Assembly: GCA_017992505.1 (NCBI GenBank)
Contig: JAGOON010000002.1
Span: 1-50,993, forward strand
Direction: 5' to 3'
Source of the DNA: Minisyncoccota bacterium
GTDB lineage: Bacteria; Patescibacteriota; Minisyncoccia; Phycocordibacterales; UBA918
Length of the DNA: 50,993 nt
This document shows, in pieces, positions 1 to 9,617 of this stretch. The position numbers were made by a program, and so were the translations under genes. The notes beneath the pieces are model-generated. The model was not told where the DNA came from. It worked only from the letters and a program-made list of their open reading frames with translations, and searched no databases. Each line of letters starts with the position of its first letter. Position 1 is the stretch's first letter.

Positions 1-902
1 CTGGTATGGCGACAACAATGGTTGTCGGTTCGGTCTCTGTTTTTCAATTCGCGTTCAATCTTCAGTCGGTACCACTTGCGGTAATCGGTATGAGCTACTC
101 TGTTGCAGCTTTCCCAACACTCTCAACACTTCTTGCGAAGAATATGGTTAAGGAATTTAACCATCAACTTCTCACTGCACTGAGACATATTATCTTTTGG
201 GCGGTTCCTATTACTGCACTTGTGATTGTGCTTCGTGCACAGATCGTTCGTGTACTTTTGGGAACTGGTGCCTTTGATTGGGGAGATACTCGGCTCACGG
301 CAGCTGCACTCGCGCTTTTTGTGATTTCTCTCATAGCACAGTCTGTACTCCTTCTTCTGGTTCGTGCATTTTATGCGGGCGGTCGAACCGTGTTACCACT
401 TGTTGTTTCAGTATCTGCTTCACTTGTCTCAATTGGTTTGGCTTTTTATTTCCGAGGACTTTATCAAGCTTCCGAATCATTTCGGATAATGCTTGAAACG
501 ACCTTCCGTCTTGAGGGAGTTGTGGGTGTCGAGATACTCGTTTTGGTTTTGGCGTTTATCGCGGGACAATTCCTCCAACTCATTATTCTCATGACACTTT
601 CAGTACGGACTTTTTCTATTAGCTACCGACCACTCATTAGACTCTTTACCGAAGCTTTTGCAGCTGCTCTTGCTGGAGGATTTTCAGCTTATGCAGCACT
701 CGCATTTGTGGTTGATGGTGTCAATCAGGATACTTTCATCGGAATCTCACTTCAGGGACTTGTGGCGGGAATTATGGGTATGACTGCGGTGATTCTTGTT
801 TATCGTCTGGTGAAGGCGCCAGAACTCTTTGAAATCTATCGTTCATTCCATTCAAAAATCTTCAAAACGGATATTATCGCCCCGCAACCAGATACCTTAT
901 AA
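1..902 (+). CDS. murJ: Lipid II flippase MurJ/MviN, C-terminal portion (gene starts upstream of window)
   Basis: Frame is open to the window edge. Polytopic membrane protein with MurJ-like helices (FQFAFNLQSVPLAVIGMSYSVAAFPTLS; LLLLVRAFYAGGRTVLPL). Confidence 0.75.
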   Translation, partial: GMATTMVVGSVSVFQFAFNLQSVPLAVIGMSYSVAAFPTLSTLLAKNMVKEFNHQLLTALRHIIFWAVPITALVIVLRAQIVRVLLGTGAFDWGDTRLTAAALALFVISLIAQSVLLLLVRAFYAGGRTVLPLVVSVSASLVSIGLAFYFRGLYQASESFRIMLETTFRLEGVVGVEILVLVLAFIAGQFLQLIILMTLSVRTFSISYRPLIRLFTEAFAAALAGGFSAYAALAFVVDGVNQDTFIGISLQGLVAGIMGMTAVILVYRLVKAPELFEIYRSFHSKIFKTDIIAPQPDTL

Positions 903-947
903 GCCACTAGTTTTTTCTTAAAACTCAGGTAAAGTAAGGCCACTCTC

Positions 948-2732
948 ATGAAACATATCCGTAATTTCAGTATCATTGCCCATATCGACCACGGCAAATC
1001 AACACTTGCCGATCGTATGCTTGAGGCAACAAAGTCGGTTGAAGCACGAAAGATGAAGGCGCAAGTCCTCGACTCAATGGACTTGGAGCGTGAGCGTGGT
1101 ATCACCATTAAAATGCAACCTGTACGTATGCACTACATGCATCTTGGTACTGCGTTTGAACTCAACCTCATTGACACTCCAGGACACATAGACTTTTCAT
1201 ACGAAGTATCGCGTGCACTTAAAGCAGTGGAAGGTGTGCTTTTGCTTGTTGATAGCACACAAGGTGTGCAAGCGCAGACACTCACTACGCTTCAAATGGC
1301 GAAAGATCAAAAACTCACCATTATTCCTGTTCTCACTAAGACTGACGTACCTCATGCCCGTATTGAAGAAGTTGGAGATGAGGTTATTAATCTTTTGGGT
1401 TGTACTCGCGCAGATATAATGTTGGTATCAGGAAAGACAGGGGATGGAGTGCCAGAGCTACTTGAGGCTATTTGTGAGCGCATTCCGCCACCAAAGGAAA
1501 GTACTGAAACAACATATCGTGGACTCATCTTCGATTTCCAGTACTCAAACCATCGCGGGATTATTGTCTTTATGCGCGTGGTTGATGGTAAGGTGAGAAA
1601 AGGTGATGTGCTCAAATTCGCTGCTAGCAAGAAAGTTTTTACCGCGCTTGAGGTTGGTGTGGTGACACCAGCAGAATTACCACAGGACGAGCTTTCGGCG
1701 GGTCAGATTGGATACATTGTGACAGGTATTAAAGAGCCAGGCGTCGCCTATGTGGGAGATACACTTGTACCAGAGCGTTCGATGGCTGAAGCGTTGCCTG
1801 ATTTCCAACATGCTCGTCCAGTGGTGTGGTCTTCTATCTTCCCTGAGAATCAAGATGAATTTACTCAGCTCAGACAAGCACTTGACCGTCTTCGTCTCTC
1901 AGATTCCTCGCTCTCGTTTGAAGAAGAATCTTCTGGCGTACTTGGTCGTGGATTCCGTTGTGGTTTCCTTGGAATGCTTCATATGGAGATTATTACCGAG
2001 CGTCTCCGTCGTGAATTTGATATCGATATCATCATCACTTCGCCTTCAATTTCGTATGATGTGACTTGGCCTGATGGTCATATGGAGAGCGTATACGCCG
2101 CTAATCGTTTCCCTGAACATGGCGAAAAAGTCGAAGTGAAAGAACCATGGATTTTAGGCCAAATTATTCTTCCAGGGGACTATATGGGCAATGTACTGAC
2201 CTTACTCTATGAACACGAAGCGAGCGTTATCGATACTGAACTCTTCGGTGACGGACGAACGCTTCTTGCGATTGAAATGCCGCTTCGCGAACTTATGCGT
2301 GGGTTCTTTGATAAGCTCAAAAATGCTTCAAGTGGCTATGCGTCACTTTCTTACGAAATTGCTGAAATGCGACCAGCCACTGTAACGAAACTTGAGGTGA
2401 TGGTGGCAGAGGAAATTGTGCCTGCTTTTTCACGCGTGGTTGGTATGATGCGCGCTGATACAGAAGCAAAACAAATTGTTGATAAGCTTTATGATGCGTT
2501 ACCCCGTCAACAGTTTGTGATGAAGATTCAAGCGAAGGTTATGGGAAAGATTATTGCTACTAAGAAAAAATCAGCGATTGGGAAAGATGTGACGGCGCAT
2601 TTATACGGAGGAGACATTACCCGCAAGATGAAACTTCGTGAGAAACAAAAGAAGGGGAAGGCAAAAGCCCTCGAGCGTGGTCGCGTTCACATTCCACAGG
2701 ATGTTTTTATGAAGATGATGAAGAATGATTAA
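948..2732 (+). CDS. lepA: Translation elongation factor 4 (LepA)
   Basis: 594 aa with GTPase motifs (AHIDHGKST, DTPGH, TKTD) and a LepA-type C-terminal domain. Full length. Confidence 0.95.
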   Translation: MKHIRNFSIIAHIDHGKSTLADRMLEATKSVEARKMKAQVLDSMDLERERGITIKMQPVRMHYMHLGTAFELNLIDTPGHIDFSYEVSRALKAVEGVLLLVDSTQGVQAQTLTTLQMAKDQKLTIIPVLTKTDVPHARIEEVGDEVINLLGCTRADIMLVSGKTGDGVPELLEAICERIPPPKESTETTYRGLIFDFQYSNHRGIIVFMRVVDGKVRKGDVLKFAASKKVFTALEVGVVTPAELPQDELSAGQIGYIVTGIKEPGVAYVGDTLVPERSMAEALPDFQHARPVVWSSIFPENQDEFTQLRQALDRLRLSDSSLSFEEESSGVLGRGFRCGFLGMLHMEIITERLRREFDIDIIITSPSISYDVTWPDGHMESVYAANRFPEHGEKVEVKEPWILGQIILPGDYMGNVLTLLYEHEASVIDTELFGDGRTLLAIEMPLRELMRGFFDKLKNASSGYASLSYEIAEMRPATVTKLEVMVAEEIVPAFSRVVGMMRADTEAKQIVDKLYDALPRQQFVMKIQAKVMGKIIATKKKSAIGKDVTAHLYGGDITRKMKLREKQKKGKAKALERGRVHIPQDVFMKMMKND

Positions 2733-2768
2733 GAAAAGCCGGCAGTATATGCCAGCTTCTCTTAAACC

Positions 2769-2891
2769 CTAATAGAAGAGCGCCGGACCGCCAGAGTAGG
2801 CAAAAATCATGCTGAGGATAATAAGTACAGCAATCACCACCCAAATCCACTTAATCGTCTTCTTGGTTCTTTCGTGAAATAAAAAGCTCAT
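2769..2891 (-). CDS. Possible small membrane protein (40 aa)
   Basis: ATG..TAG ORF below the 60-aa track cutoff: MSFLFHERTKKTIKWIWVVIAVLIILSMIFAYSGGPALFY. It has one clear TM helix and fills an otherwise empty gap. No obvious SD. Confidence 0.25.
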   Translation of the reverse strand: MSFLFHERTKKTIKWIWVVIAVLIILSMIFAYSGGPALFY

Positions 2892-3052
2892 GTGCGCTAT
2901 TTTATCATTAAAATGAGGAAAAGTAGTATACTTATGGCGCAGGATGACTGTCTGTACCGCTCGCTACAAGCTATTTCTCCCTTGGGGGTCGAAATAGCTT
3001 AAGCGCCGGTATAATTTCGCAATAGTCGCGCTACGCGCTCGTTTGCTCAATT

Positions 3053-3436
3053 ATGTTTGATTTCTACCAACGTCGCAAACTAAAAGGTTTTCTAGCCTCA
3101 CCGTTTACCCGGGGCTTTTTGCTGGTCTTGGTTATCTCAATGGGGTGGAGCGCCTATACTCGTTTTCAGATCGCTCAGGACATGGCAGGACGTCGTGCTG
3201 AGGCAGAAGCAGAGGTACAGCGCCTCAAAGACCAGAAAGCTGGTCTAGAGGGGCAGGTACAGTATTTGAGTGACGATCGGGGTATTGAGGCGGAAATGCG
3301 TCGACAATTCGACGTTGCGCTCAATAATGAGCAAGTGGTGGTCATCGTAGAGCCTGAGCATGAAAGCGAAACAAATACTGCTACTTCTACGTACCAAGAA
3401 CAGTCTAAGCCAGCATGGTATGAGTTCTGGCGCTAG
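3053..3436 (+). CDS. Septum formation initiator family protein (FtsB/DivIC-like)
   Basis: 127 aa. N-terminal TM helix, then a coiled coil (AEAEAEVQRLKDQKAGLEGQVQYL) and a DivIC-like tail (GIEAEMRRQF). Confidence 0.6.
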   Translation: MFDFYQRRKLKGFLASPFTRGFLLVLVISMGWSAYTRFQIAQDMAGRRAEAEAEVQRLKDQKAGLEGQVQYLSDDRGIEAEMRRQFDVALNNEQVVVIVEPEHESETNTATSTYQEQSKPAWYEFWR

Positions 3437-3476
3437 ATTTGCTATACTATAAGACATTAATGTAATTTAAATAATC

Positions 3477-3710
3477 ATGAACACCGTCACTATTTACAGC
3501 ACTCCGGTATGTCACTTTTGTCATGCTGCTAAAGAATTTTTTAAAGAAAACAACGTTGCTTACACCGAACATGATGTGGCAGCAGACACCGACAAGCGAC
3601 AGGAAATGATTGATATGACTGGCCAGATGGGCGTTCCCGTAATCCGCATTGGCGACGATGTCATTATTGGTTTCGATGAGCCAAAGCTTAAAGAACTGCT
3701 CGCCCTCTAA
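3477..3710 (+). CDS. Glutaredoxin-like protein (NrdH/YruB type)
   Basis: 77 aa thioredoxin fold with a CHFC redox motif near the N-terminus and a GVPVIRIGD motif. Confidence 0.8.
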   Translation: MNTVTIYSTPVCHFCHAAKEFFKENNVAYTEHDVAADTDKRQEMIDMTGQMGVPVIRIGDDVIIGFDEPKLKELLAL

Positions 3711-3715
3711 GTAGA

Positions 3716-3749
3716 AACAAAAAGCCGTTGCATGCAACGGCTTTTTGTT
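3716..3749. terminator. Bidirectional intrinsic terminator (glutaredoxin gene / tRNA-Arg)
   Basis: Palindrome aacaaaaagccgttgcatgcaacggctttttgtt with A-run and T-run flanks. Confidence 0.8.
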
Positions 3750-3753
3750 ATAG

Positions 3754-3825
3754 TGCCCTCACCTGGAATCGAACCAAGAGTTTCTCCTTAGGACGGAGTT
3801 GTTTTATCCATTAAACTATGAAGGC
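3754..3825 (-). tRNA. tRNA-Arg(CCU)
   Basis: 72-nt cloverleaf folded by hand: acceptor GCCTTCA/TGAGGGC, T-arm CTTGG-TTCGATT-CCAGG, anticodon loop GTCCTAA. No encoded CCA. Confidence 0.85.
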
Positions 3826-3865
3826 GTGCGGATAGGGTAGCAGAAAATGAGGGTACTGGGTAGGG

Positions 3866-3871
3866 TATACT
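3866..3871 (+). promoter_or_regulatory. -10-like hexamer TATACT, 8 nt upstream of the ATG at 3880
   Basis: TATACT-N8-ATG with no SD. Belongs to the recurrent leaderless-type arrangement described in the findings. Confidence 0.35.
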
Positions 3872-3879
3872 TATTAAGT

Positions 3880-4161
3880 ATGAATCCAAGTCATGAATAC
3901 ACTGAATTAAAAGAGATTATTCTTGAGAATCAAAAGCTTTTAGCTGAAAACAACCAACTTCTAAAAAAAATGCACCGCAGTACGGTGAGACATTTCTGGC
4001 TAAATATCGCCTGGATAGTCTTCTTGGTCGTCTCACCAATGTTCCTGCTTTATAAGTTTATTTTGCCGATGTATAGCAGTATTGGAGCTAGTACCACGTC
4101 TGTTTCAGGACAGCTACAAGATCTCAACGAATTACGAAGTTTTCTGCAAGAACAACAGTAA
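3880..4161 (+). CDS. Hypothetical membrane-anchored coiled-coil protein
   Basis: ORF 3847..4161. I prefer the ATG at 3880 because of the TATACT just upstream. Contains a coiled-coil segment and one TM helix (HFWLNIAWIVFLVVSPMFLLY). Confidence 0.5.
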   Translation: MNPSHEYTELKEIILENQKLLAENNQLLKKMHRSTVRHFWLNIAWIVFLVVSPMFLLYKFILPMYSSIGASTTSVSGQLQDLNELRSFLQEQQ

Positions 4162-4254
4162 TTTGTATAGGACAAGAGGCGTTGATATTCTACCAAAAAT
4201 AGGTACAATAGCCCCACCAATCACCAAATGGTATAAAGTAGAACGTAAATTTAT

Positions 4255-4327
4255 GCTTGGGTAGCTCAGTTGGTAGAGCACTCCCCTGAAGAGGGAGGGG
4301 TCAGCAGTTCGAGCCTGCTCCCAAGCA
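4255..4327 (+). tRNA. tRNA-Phe(GAA)
   Basis: 73 nt: GCTTGGGTAGCTCAGTTGGTAGAGCACTCCCCTGAAGAGGGAGGGGTCAGCAGTTCGAGCCTGCTCCCAAGCA. Anticodon loop CTGAAGA. No CCA. Confidence 0.95.
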
Positions 4328-4373
4328 CATATAGCCAGCCCGAAAGCGATAGCTTTCGGGCTGTTGCTATATG
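4328..4373 (+). terminator. Hairpin terminator after tRNA-Phe
   Basis: Stem cagcccgaaagc / agctttcgggctg, extended by the outer stem catatagc / gctatatg. Confidence 0.6.
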
Positions 4374-4430
4374 TGGTGTATTTTGTTCTCAATATGCTAG
4401 ATTATGTTGTCACCAATTAAGGAGGGACAT

Positions 4431-4733
4431 ATGAGTACTATCTACAATGAGGGTATATACCTCACTACCCAAAGTTCCTATGGGGACAGGAGAGTCCTCT
4501 ACTCACTTGGTATAGTCGAAAAGGATCGCAACTTTACTTTCCCAGGACGTCGACAAATGAAACGTCTGGCAAGAAAGTTTTTAAATTGTGAGCATCTTCT
4601 TGAGCACAAAGAGTTTCCGAGAACAACGCGTGGATTTTTCTTTTCAATTATCAGAGGTACCTCTGCTGAAGATCGAGCGGCCTTTCTTGGCGCCATACGT
4701 CATCATTGCAAGGAATTTGGCACGGCATTATAA
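4431..4733 (+). CDS. Hypothetical protein (100 aa)
   Basis: ORF 4404..4733. The ATG at 4431 is preceded by a strong SD (AAGGAGG, 5-nt spacer). No recognisable domain. Confidence 0.55.
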   Translation: MSTIYNEGIYLTTQSSYGDRRVLYSLGIVEKDRNFTFPGRRQMKRLARKFLNCEHLLEHKEFPRTTRGFFFSIIRGTSAEDRAAFLGAIRHHCKEFGTAL

Positions 4734-4800
4734 AACACCTACTGAAATGGGAAAACATCCATCTACGTAGGTGTTTTCTCTTTCAAAATTATCAATTTAA

Positions 4801-4830
4801 GAAAAACCAGTCGCTTGCGACTGGTTTTTC
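4801..4830. terminator. Bidirectional intrinsic terminator
   Basis: Hairpin gaaaaaccagtcgcttgcgactggtttttc lying between convergent genes. Confidence 0.8.
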
Positions 4831-4836
4831 TCACTT

Positions 4837-5355
4837 CTACTTATGGACAATGTTTGATTTGACTCGGAGTTGGGTTGAACGGTGTTTGTCGAGCTTTGGA
4901 AGTTTGATCTCAAGGAGTCCATGCTTTTCCTGTGCCTCGGCTTCGTCGATAGCGACTTCTTCGGGAAGAACAAGAGTACGAGAGAAACTACCCCAGAAGA
5001 GTTCACGGTGGAAGTAGCCGTCGTCGTGGGTTTCTTGGAATTCTTCGCGGACGCCACGGATGGTGACCATGTCACGAGTGATAGAGATTTCGAGGTCATT
5101 TGGGCTTACGCCAGCTACGAGTGCTCGAATCACAATAGCGTCGTCTGTTTGATACATATCAACAGGAAGCTCGCCATCTTGAGAGTTCGCTGTCTGTTGT
5201 GCTCCATCCCAGTCTTCCTCTTCTTCCTCCTGATATGAATCCTCGACGGCAAGGTCATCGTCTTCACCAAACTTATGATTTTCGTCGAGAATACGATCGT
5301 ATTCATCGGCTTGGCCACCGCCAGTGAGTCGATCTAAAAATGAGGGTTTTTTCAT
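4837..5355 (-). CDS. Small heat-shock protein, Hsp20/alpha-crystallin family
   Basis: 172 aa with an alpha-crystallin domain (VDMYQTDDAIVIRALVAGV...GLLEIKLPK) and an acidic N-terminal region. Confidence 0.9.
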   Translation of the reverse strand: MKKPSFLDRLTGGGQADEYDRILDENHKFGEDDDLAVEDSYQEEEEEDWDGAQQTANSQDGELPVDMYQTDDAIVIRALVAGVSPNDLEISITRDMVTIRGVREEFQETHDDGYFHRELFWGSFSRTLVLPEEVAIDEAEAQEKHGLLEIKLPKLDKHRSTQLRVKSNIVHK

Positions 5356-6056
5356 ATGTTACAGGATTGAGGGTTATGTGAGCATTCAACTTGCTTGATC
5401 TTTTCAAAGAGAAGAAAGAGGACGATTACTCCCATCCAGACAAAAAGGAAAACTCCGAGGATGGTTTCTCCGCTTGCATCCATTATAAAAAAGTTAAAGA
5501 GGGCATGCAATACGATTGCAATGAACAACCCGACGGTACCAGCGGTGAGTTGAGTGATTTTTGGTTTGTAATAACTGAGTGCGAGAAGAATTCCGATGGT
5601 TCCTGAAGCAAGAATGTGAAGGAGCGTGGCACCAAGAAATCGAAAACTCCCCGTAAGCGCTGAGTTCACAAAGTCACCTGCCACGAGTGGATTGAAGATA
5701 AAGAGAGCATTTTCAAGCGCTGCAAACCCAAGAGCAATAGTGATCATATAGATGACCATATCGATTGGTTCATCGACTTCGCGATTCCAAAAAATAAGCA
5801 CCAATGCGGCGGCGTATTTAAGGAGCTCTTCAATAATTACCCATACAAGAATGATGTTACTCCCTGTATAGAGATTAATAGCGGCCTTTTGAAGAGGGAG
5901 CGCAAGAGGTACCACTGCCATGCCAGCAATGAAGCTAATTGCAATAAGGAGATATGGTTCGGGATGGGTATTGTCTTCACGAAGCCAAAACCATAGCCAA
6001 AACAAAGCTGGGGTAAGTCCAGCCAAGAACGCGATAGCAAAATAGGTCGAAAGCAT
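5352..6056 (-). CDS. PrsW-family intramembrane metalloprotease
   Basis: 234 aa polytopic protein with EELLKY and HALFN motifs typical of PrsW. Its stop overlaps the hsp20 start (ATGA). Confidence 0.8.
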   Translation of the reverse strand: MLSTYFAIAFLAGLTPALFWLWFWLREDNTHPEPYLLIAISFIAGMAVVPLALPLQKAAINLYTGSNIILVWVIIEELLKYAAALVLIFWNREVDEPIDMVIYMITIALGFAALENALFIFNPLVAGDFVNSALTGSFRFLGATLLHILASGTIGILLALSYYKPKITQLTAGTVGLFIAIVLHALFNFFIMDASGETILGVFLFVWMGVIVLFLLFEKIKQVECSHNPQSCNI

Positions 6057-6064
6057 TTAATGAT

Positions 6065-6070
6065 ATTGTA
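6065..6070 (-). promoter_or_regulatory. -10-like TACAAT, 8 nt upstream of the prsW ATG
   Basis: Minus strand reads TACAAT-atcattaa-ATG. No SD. Confidence 0.35.
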
Positions 6071-6111
6071 TCACTCTCTAAAGCGTGTAGAGATATGTTG
6101 TCCAAGGGTTC

Positions 6112-6146
6112 AAAAAAGGCCTAAGTGATACCCAGGCCTTCTTTTT
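6112..6146 (-). terminator. Intrinsic terminator downstream of valS
   Basis: Stem aaggcct / aggcctt, with a U-run on the minus-strand transcript. Confidence 0.7.
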
Positions 6147-6150
6147 CTGA

Positions 6151-8370
6151 TTATTTTGTTGGCCACTGTGCCACCATCAGTAGCTCAGAATCCTTCATAT
6201 TGACTGGTAGTTCCTGCCAAATGGTTTCGGTGACAAAAGGCATAAATGGATGGAGGAGTTTGAGGGAGGTGGTCAGACACTCCACGAGTACTTGCTTTCG
6301 CGCAAGCTTGGCTTGCATGTCTTCTCCTGCAAATATAGGTTTTGATTCCTCAAGTACTACTGCAGCGAGTTCACCCCAGACATAGTGATAGGCCTTCTCT
6401 CCAGCGAGGTAGAGGTTGAACTTTTCAATTTCAGCCGACACCTCAAGAACGGTAGTACGAAGAGTGGCGAGAATTTCTTCATCACGAGCACTTTTTGTTG
6501 TGGGTGTACTCATATCGGCGTCGATGGTGTGGGTAAGAACGAAGCGGCTAATGTTCCAGATTTTATTGGCAAAGTTTTTGTACCCTTTGATTTTATTCTC
6601 TGAGAGTGGCACATCATTACCTGGGGCCGCTCCGATAATAAGCGAAAGGCGAGTCGCGTCAGCACCATATTTTTCTATCATCGTGAGTGGGTCAATGGTG
6701 TTGCCTAGACTCTTACTCATCTTGCGGTTCTTCTCATCACGTACAAGGCCGTGGAGGTAGACATTCTTAAATGGCACTTGCCCTATGTGGTAGGTACTCA
6801 TAAGAATCATGCGAGCTACCCAGAAGAAGATAATATCGTAGCCTGTTTCAAGAACAGTAGTTGGATGGTAGGTTCTTAGGTCATCTGTTTGCTCTGGCCA
6901 ACCAAGTGTTGAGAAAGTCCAAAGTCCAGAAGAGAACCAAGTGTCGAGGGTGTCAGAATCTTGTTCCCAGCCTTCACCTTCGGGCGCAGTCACGCCACAG
7001 TAGACTTCTTCGCCCTTATACCAAACAGGGATTCTATGCCCAAACCAAATTTGGCGTGAGATACACCAGTCATTTAAATTTGTAATCCAGTTGAAGTACA
7101 CGCGCTTGAAACGTTCAGGGAAAATGTCAGTGCTACCGTGTTGCACCGTCGCAATCATAAGTTCTTTGAGGGTCACTTTGTCCCCACTTGAAATACCTTG
7201 AATTTCTGAGTGGTTGAGTATGAATTTCTTATTTACTGCAATCCACCATTGGAGCTTCGGGAGTGGTTCTATGATACCGCCTGTACGTTCGGCTGTTGCA
7301 ACATTCTGCGTAATTACTTCTTCCTTTTCAAGAAGCCCTTCTTCGGTGAGCCATTGCACCACCTCCGCACGAGCCACTTCTACCTTGAGTCCAGCAAGAC
7401 GACCTTCGACAGTCATCTTCGCGTATTCATTAATGACTTGGGGGCGTCGAGTAATGTCGTGACGATCAGCCATGTCCCAGTCAATTTTGCTGTGAGCTGG
7501 CGTTACACCAAGCGCACCTGTACCAAAGGAAGGATCAACTTCCTTGTCGGCAATGACGGTCACTTCGATAGGAACATCGCAGAAGGTGAGTGAGAAGGTC
7601 TGTCCGACGTATTGCTCATATCGTTTGTCGTCAGGATGAACAGCGACAGCTGTGTCGCCGACTTTTGTTTCAGGGCGTGAAGTCGAGATAGTAATAGGGA
7701 AGTCCTTACTATATTTAAAGGTGTACAGTTTCGATTGGCGTTCTTCGTGAACAATCTCGTCATCGGAAATAGTGGTCTGTCCCTTCGGGTCCCAGTTTAC
7801 GATACGGTCACCACGATAGATGAGTCCGTCATTGTACATGTTTACAAAGGCGGTCATCACAGCCTTGTATCGCTTTTCATCAAGAGTGTACGCATAGCGT
7901 GACCAATCAAGCGATGAGCCCATCTTGCGCGTTTGATTGAGAATAGTCTCCTTACTTGCTTCAGCAAACTCCCCAACCCGCCTAAGGAGTTCTTCTCGAC
8001 CAAGATCGTGGCGAGTGAGCTTTTCTGCTTTGAGAATTTCTTTTTCTACCTTTGATTGTGTTGCAATTGCGGCTGAGTCTGTTCCTGGAATCCAAAGGGT
8101 TCGCTTGCCGAGCATACGATTGTATCGAACAAGGATGTCCTCAATAGCGAGCATCGCCGCGTGGCCCATGTGGAGTGTACCAGTCACGTTTGGAGGGGGA
8201 AGGACGATAGAGAACGGTTCTGCGTCTGGCGTAGCAATACCTTTCTCAATACAAATATCAGGGTTAAAAAACCCACTCTCTTCCCAGCGCTTATAAAGAG
8301 TGTTTTCATGCTCAGTTGGGTCAAAAGGCTTTAAAAATACTTCAGGAATATTAGGGGTGTGCTCGTTCAT
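6151..8370 (-). CDS. valS: Valyl-tRNA synthetase (short form, no C-terminal coiled coil)
   Basis: Class I aaRS motifs (PPPNVTGTLHMGHA, KMSKSLGN) plus the CP1 editing domain. The track ORF starts at a GTG at 8391; the ATG at 8370 (MNEHTP...) is more likely. Confidence 0.93.
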   Translation of the reverse strand: MNEHTPNIPEVFLKPFDPTEHENTLYKRWEESGFFNPDICIEKGIATPDAEPFSIVLPPPNVTGTLHMGHAAMLAIEDILVRYNRMLGKRTLWIPGTDSAAIATQSKVEKEILKAEKLTRHDLGREELLRRVGEFAEASKETILNQTRKMGSSLDWSRYAYTLDEKRYKAVMTAFVNMYNDGLIYRGDRIVNWDPKGQTTISDDEIVHEERQSKLYTFKYSKDFPITISTSRPETKVGDTAVAVHPDDKRYEQYVGQTFSLTFCDVPIEVTVIADKEVDPSFGTGALGVTPAHSKIDWDMADRHDITRRPQVINEYAKMTVEGRLAGLKVEVARAEVVQWLTEEGLLEKEEVITQNVATAERTGGIIEPLPKLQWWIAVNKKFILNHSEIQGISSGDKVTLKELMIATVQHGSTDIFPERFKRVYFNWITNLNDWCISRQIWFGHRIPVWYKGEEVYCGVTAPEGEGWEQDSDTLDTWFSSGLWTFSTLGWPEQTDDLRTYHPTTVLETGYDIIFFWVARMILMSTYHIGQVPFKNVYLHGLVRDEKNRKMSKSLGNTIDPLTMIEKYGADATRLSLIIGAAPGNDVPLSENKIKGYKNFANKIWNISRFVLTHTIDADMSTPTTKSARDEEILATLRTTVLEVSAEIEKFNLYLAGEKAYHYVWGELAAVVLEESKPIFAGEDMQAKLARKQVLVECLTTSLKLLHPFMPFVTETIWQELPVNMKDSELLMVAQWPTK

Positions 8371-8423
8371 ATGTACGAGCGATAGTATCACGAAAAAAGG
8401 CCTATAAAAAGCCTTTTAAATAT

Positions 8424-9599
8424 CTAAGCGAGGCGTTTGTTGCCGTCAGCTCGAATCACATCCGCTCCACGGGGAGCAAGAGCACTTCCAGCACGAGCAT
8501 GGCCGGCGAGCGCAATCATGATACTGTTGTCAGTCGAAAGTTTCGGCTTAGGGAAATAGACGGTGAGGTCGGGGTGTTCGGTGAGGAATCTGGCTTCAAA
8601 CATACGCTTGAGGTGTTGGTTGGCGCTGACGCCACCGCCAACGATGAGGGTTTGTGCACCGTGCTTTTCAACTGCCATCATCGACTTCTTTAGTAGCACG
8701 GTAGTAACTGCATCTTCAAAGTCGCGTGAAATAGCGCACACATCAGTTTCGCTCAGCTCTTTGTCCTGTACTGCATAGCGCACAGCGGTCTTTAATCCTG
8801 AAAAAGAAAAATCTAAATCACCAGAATTGAGCATTGGCGTTGGGAAATCGGCAAATTTCGGGAGTTTTTCTTTACGAGCTTTTTCTGCACGCTTGGCAAT
8901 TTCTGGTCCGCCAGGATATTGAAGACCAATCAGACGTGCAACTTTGTCGTACGCTTCGCCGACAGCGTCGTCTCGTGTCTGGCCAATTTTTTCGTATTGG
9001 CCCCAACCTTTCATGAGAATAAGTTCCGTATGTCCGCCAGAGATGAGGAGGGAGATGGTCGGAAAGGAGATATCAGAAAGCATATCGTCTCGCTCAACAT
9101 CAAAGACACTTGAGAGAACATGTCCTTCCATGTGGTTTACAGGCACGATCGGTACATTCCAAAGGAGAGCCAACGCTCGTGCAAAGTTCACCCCAACCCA
9201 AAGTGCTGGTTCAAGTCCAGGGCCACTCGTGACCGCAATCAAATCTACGGTATACGCGCCATGTTCTCTATGAAAGGTGAGAAGTTCATCTCCGAGTTCT
9301 CGTTCGCGCGAAAGGACTGTTCGAATTTCTTCCTCTTGTTGTGTGGTCAAGGCTGGAGTGAAATCATTTGCTTCCATCCCTGACTCTTTTATTGCTTTTT
9401 CGAGCATCGGGACAACGGTCACTACGTGTTCACGCTTCGCAAGCATAGGAAAAACTCCACCGTATTCGCGATGAATATCAATTTGTGACCAAAGTGCATT
9501 GCCGTGAATGTCGTAGGTAGCGTGGGGAAATTCCCCCTTTGCCTCGACAAGGCTAATAGCGGTCTCATCACATGACGTCTCGATTGAGAGAATCAGCAT
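8424..9599 (-). CDS. tsaD: tRNA N6-adenosine threonylcarbamoyltransferase TsaD (Kae1/Gcp family)
   Basis: 391 aa. N-terminus MLILSIETSCDETA, HMEGH metal motif and SGPG motif. Contains an internal insertion of roughly 45 aa relative to the typical TsaD length. Confidence 0.9.
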   Translation of the reverse strand: MLILSIETSCDETAISLVEAKGEFPHATYDIHGNALWSQIDIHREYGGVFPMLAKREHVVTVVPMLEKAIKESGMEANDFTPALTTQQEEEIRTVLSRERELGDELLTFHREHGAYTVDLIAVTSGPGLEPALWVGVNFARALALLWNVPIVPVNHMEGHVLSSVFDVERDDMLSDISFPTISLLISGGHTELILMKGWGQYEKIGQTRDDAVGEAYDKVARLIGLQYPGGPEIAKRAEKARKEKLPKFADFPTPMLNSGDLDFSFSGLKTAVRYAVQDKELSETDVCAISRDFEDAVTTVLLKKSMMAVEKHGAQTLIVGGGVSANQHLKRMFEARFLTEHPDLTVYFPKPKLSTDNSIMIALAGHARAGSALAPRGADVIRADGNKRLA

Positions 9600-9617
9600 A
9601 TGCGAAACTCTACCGTT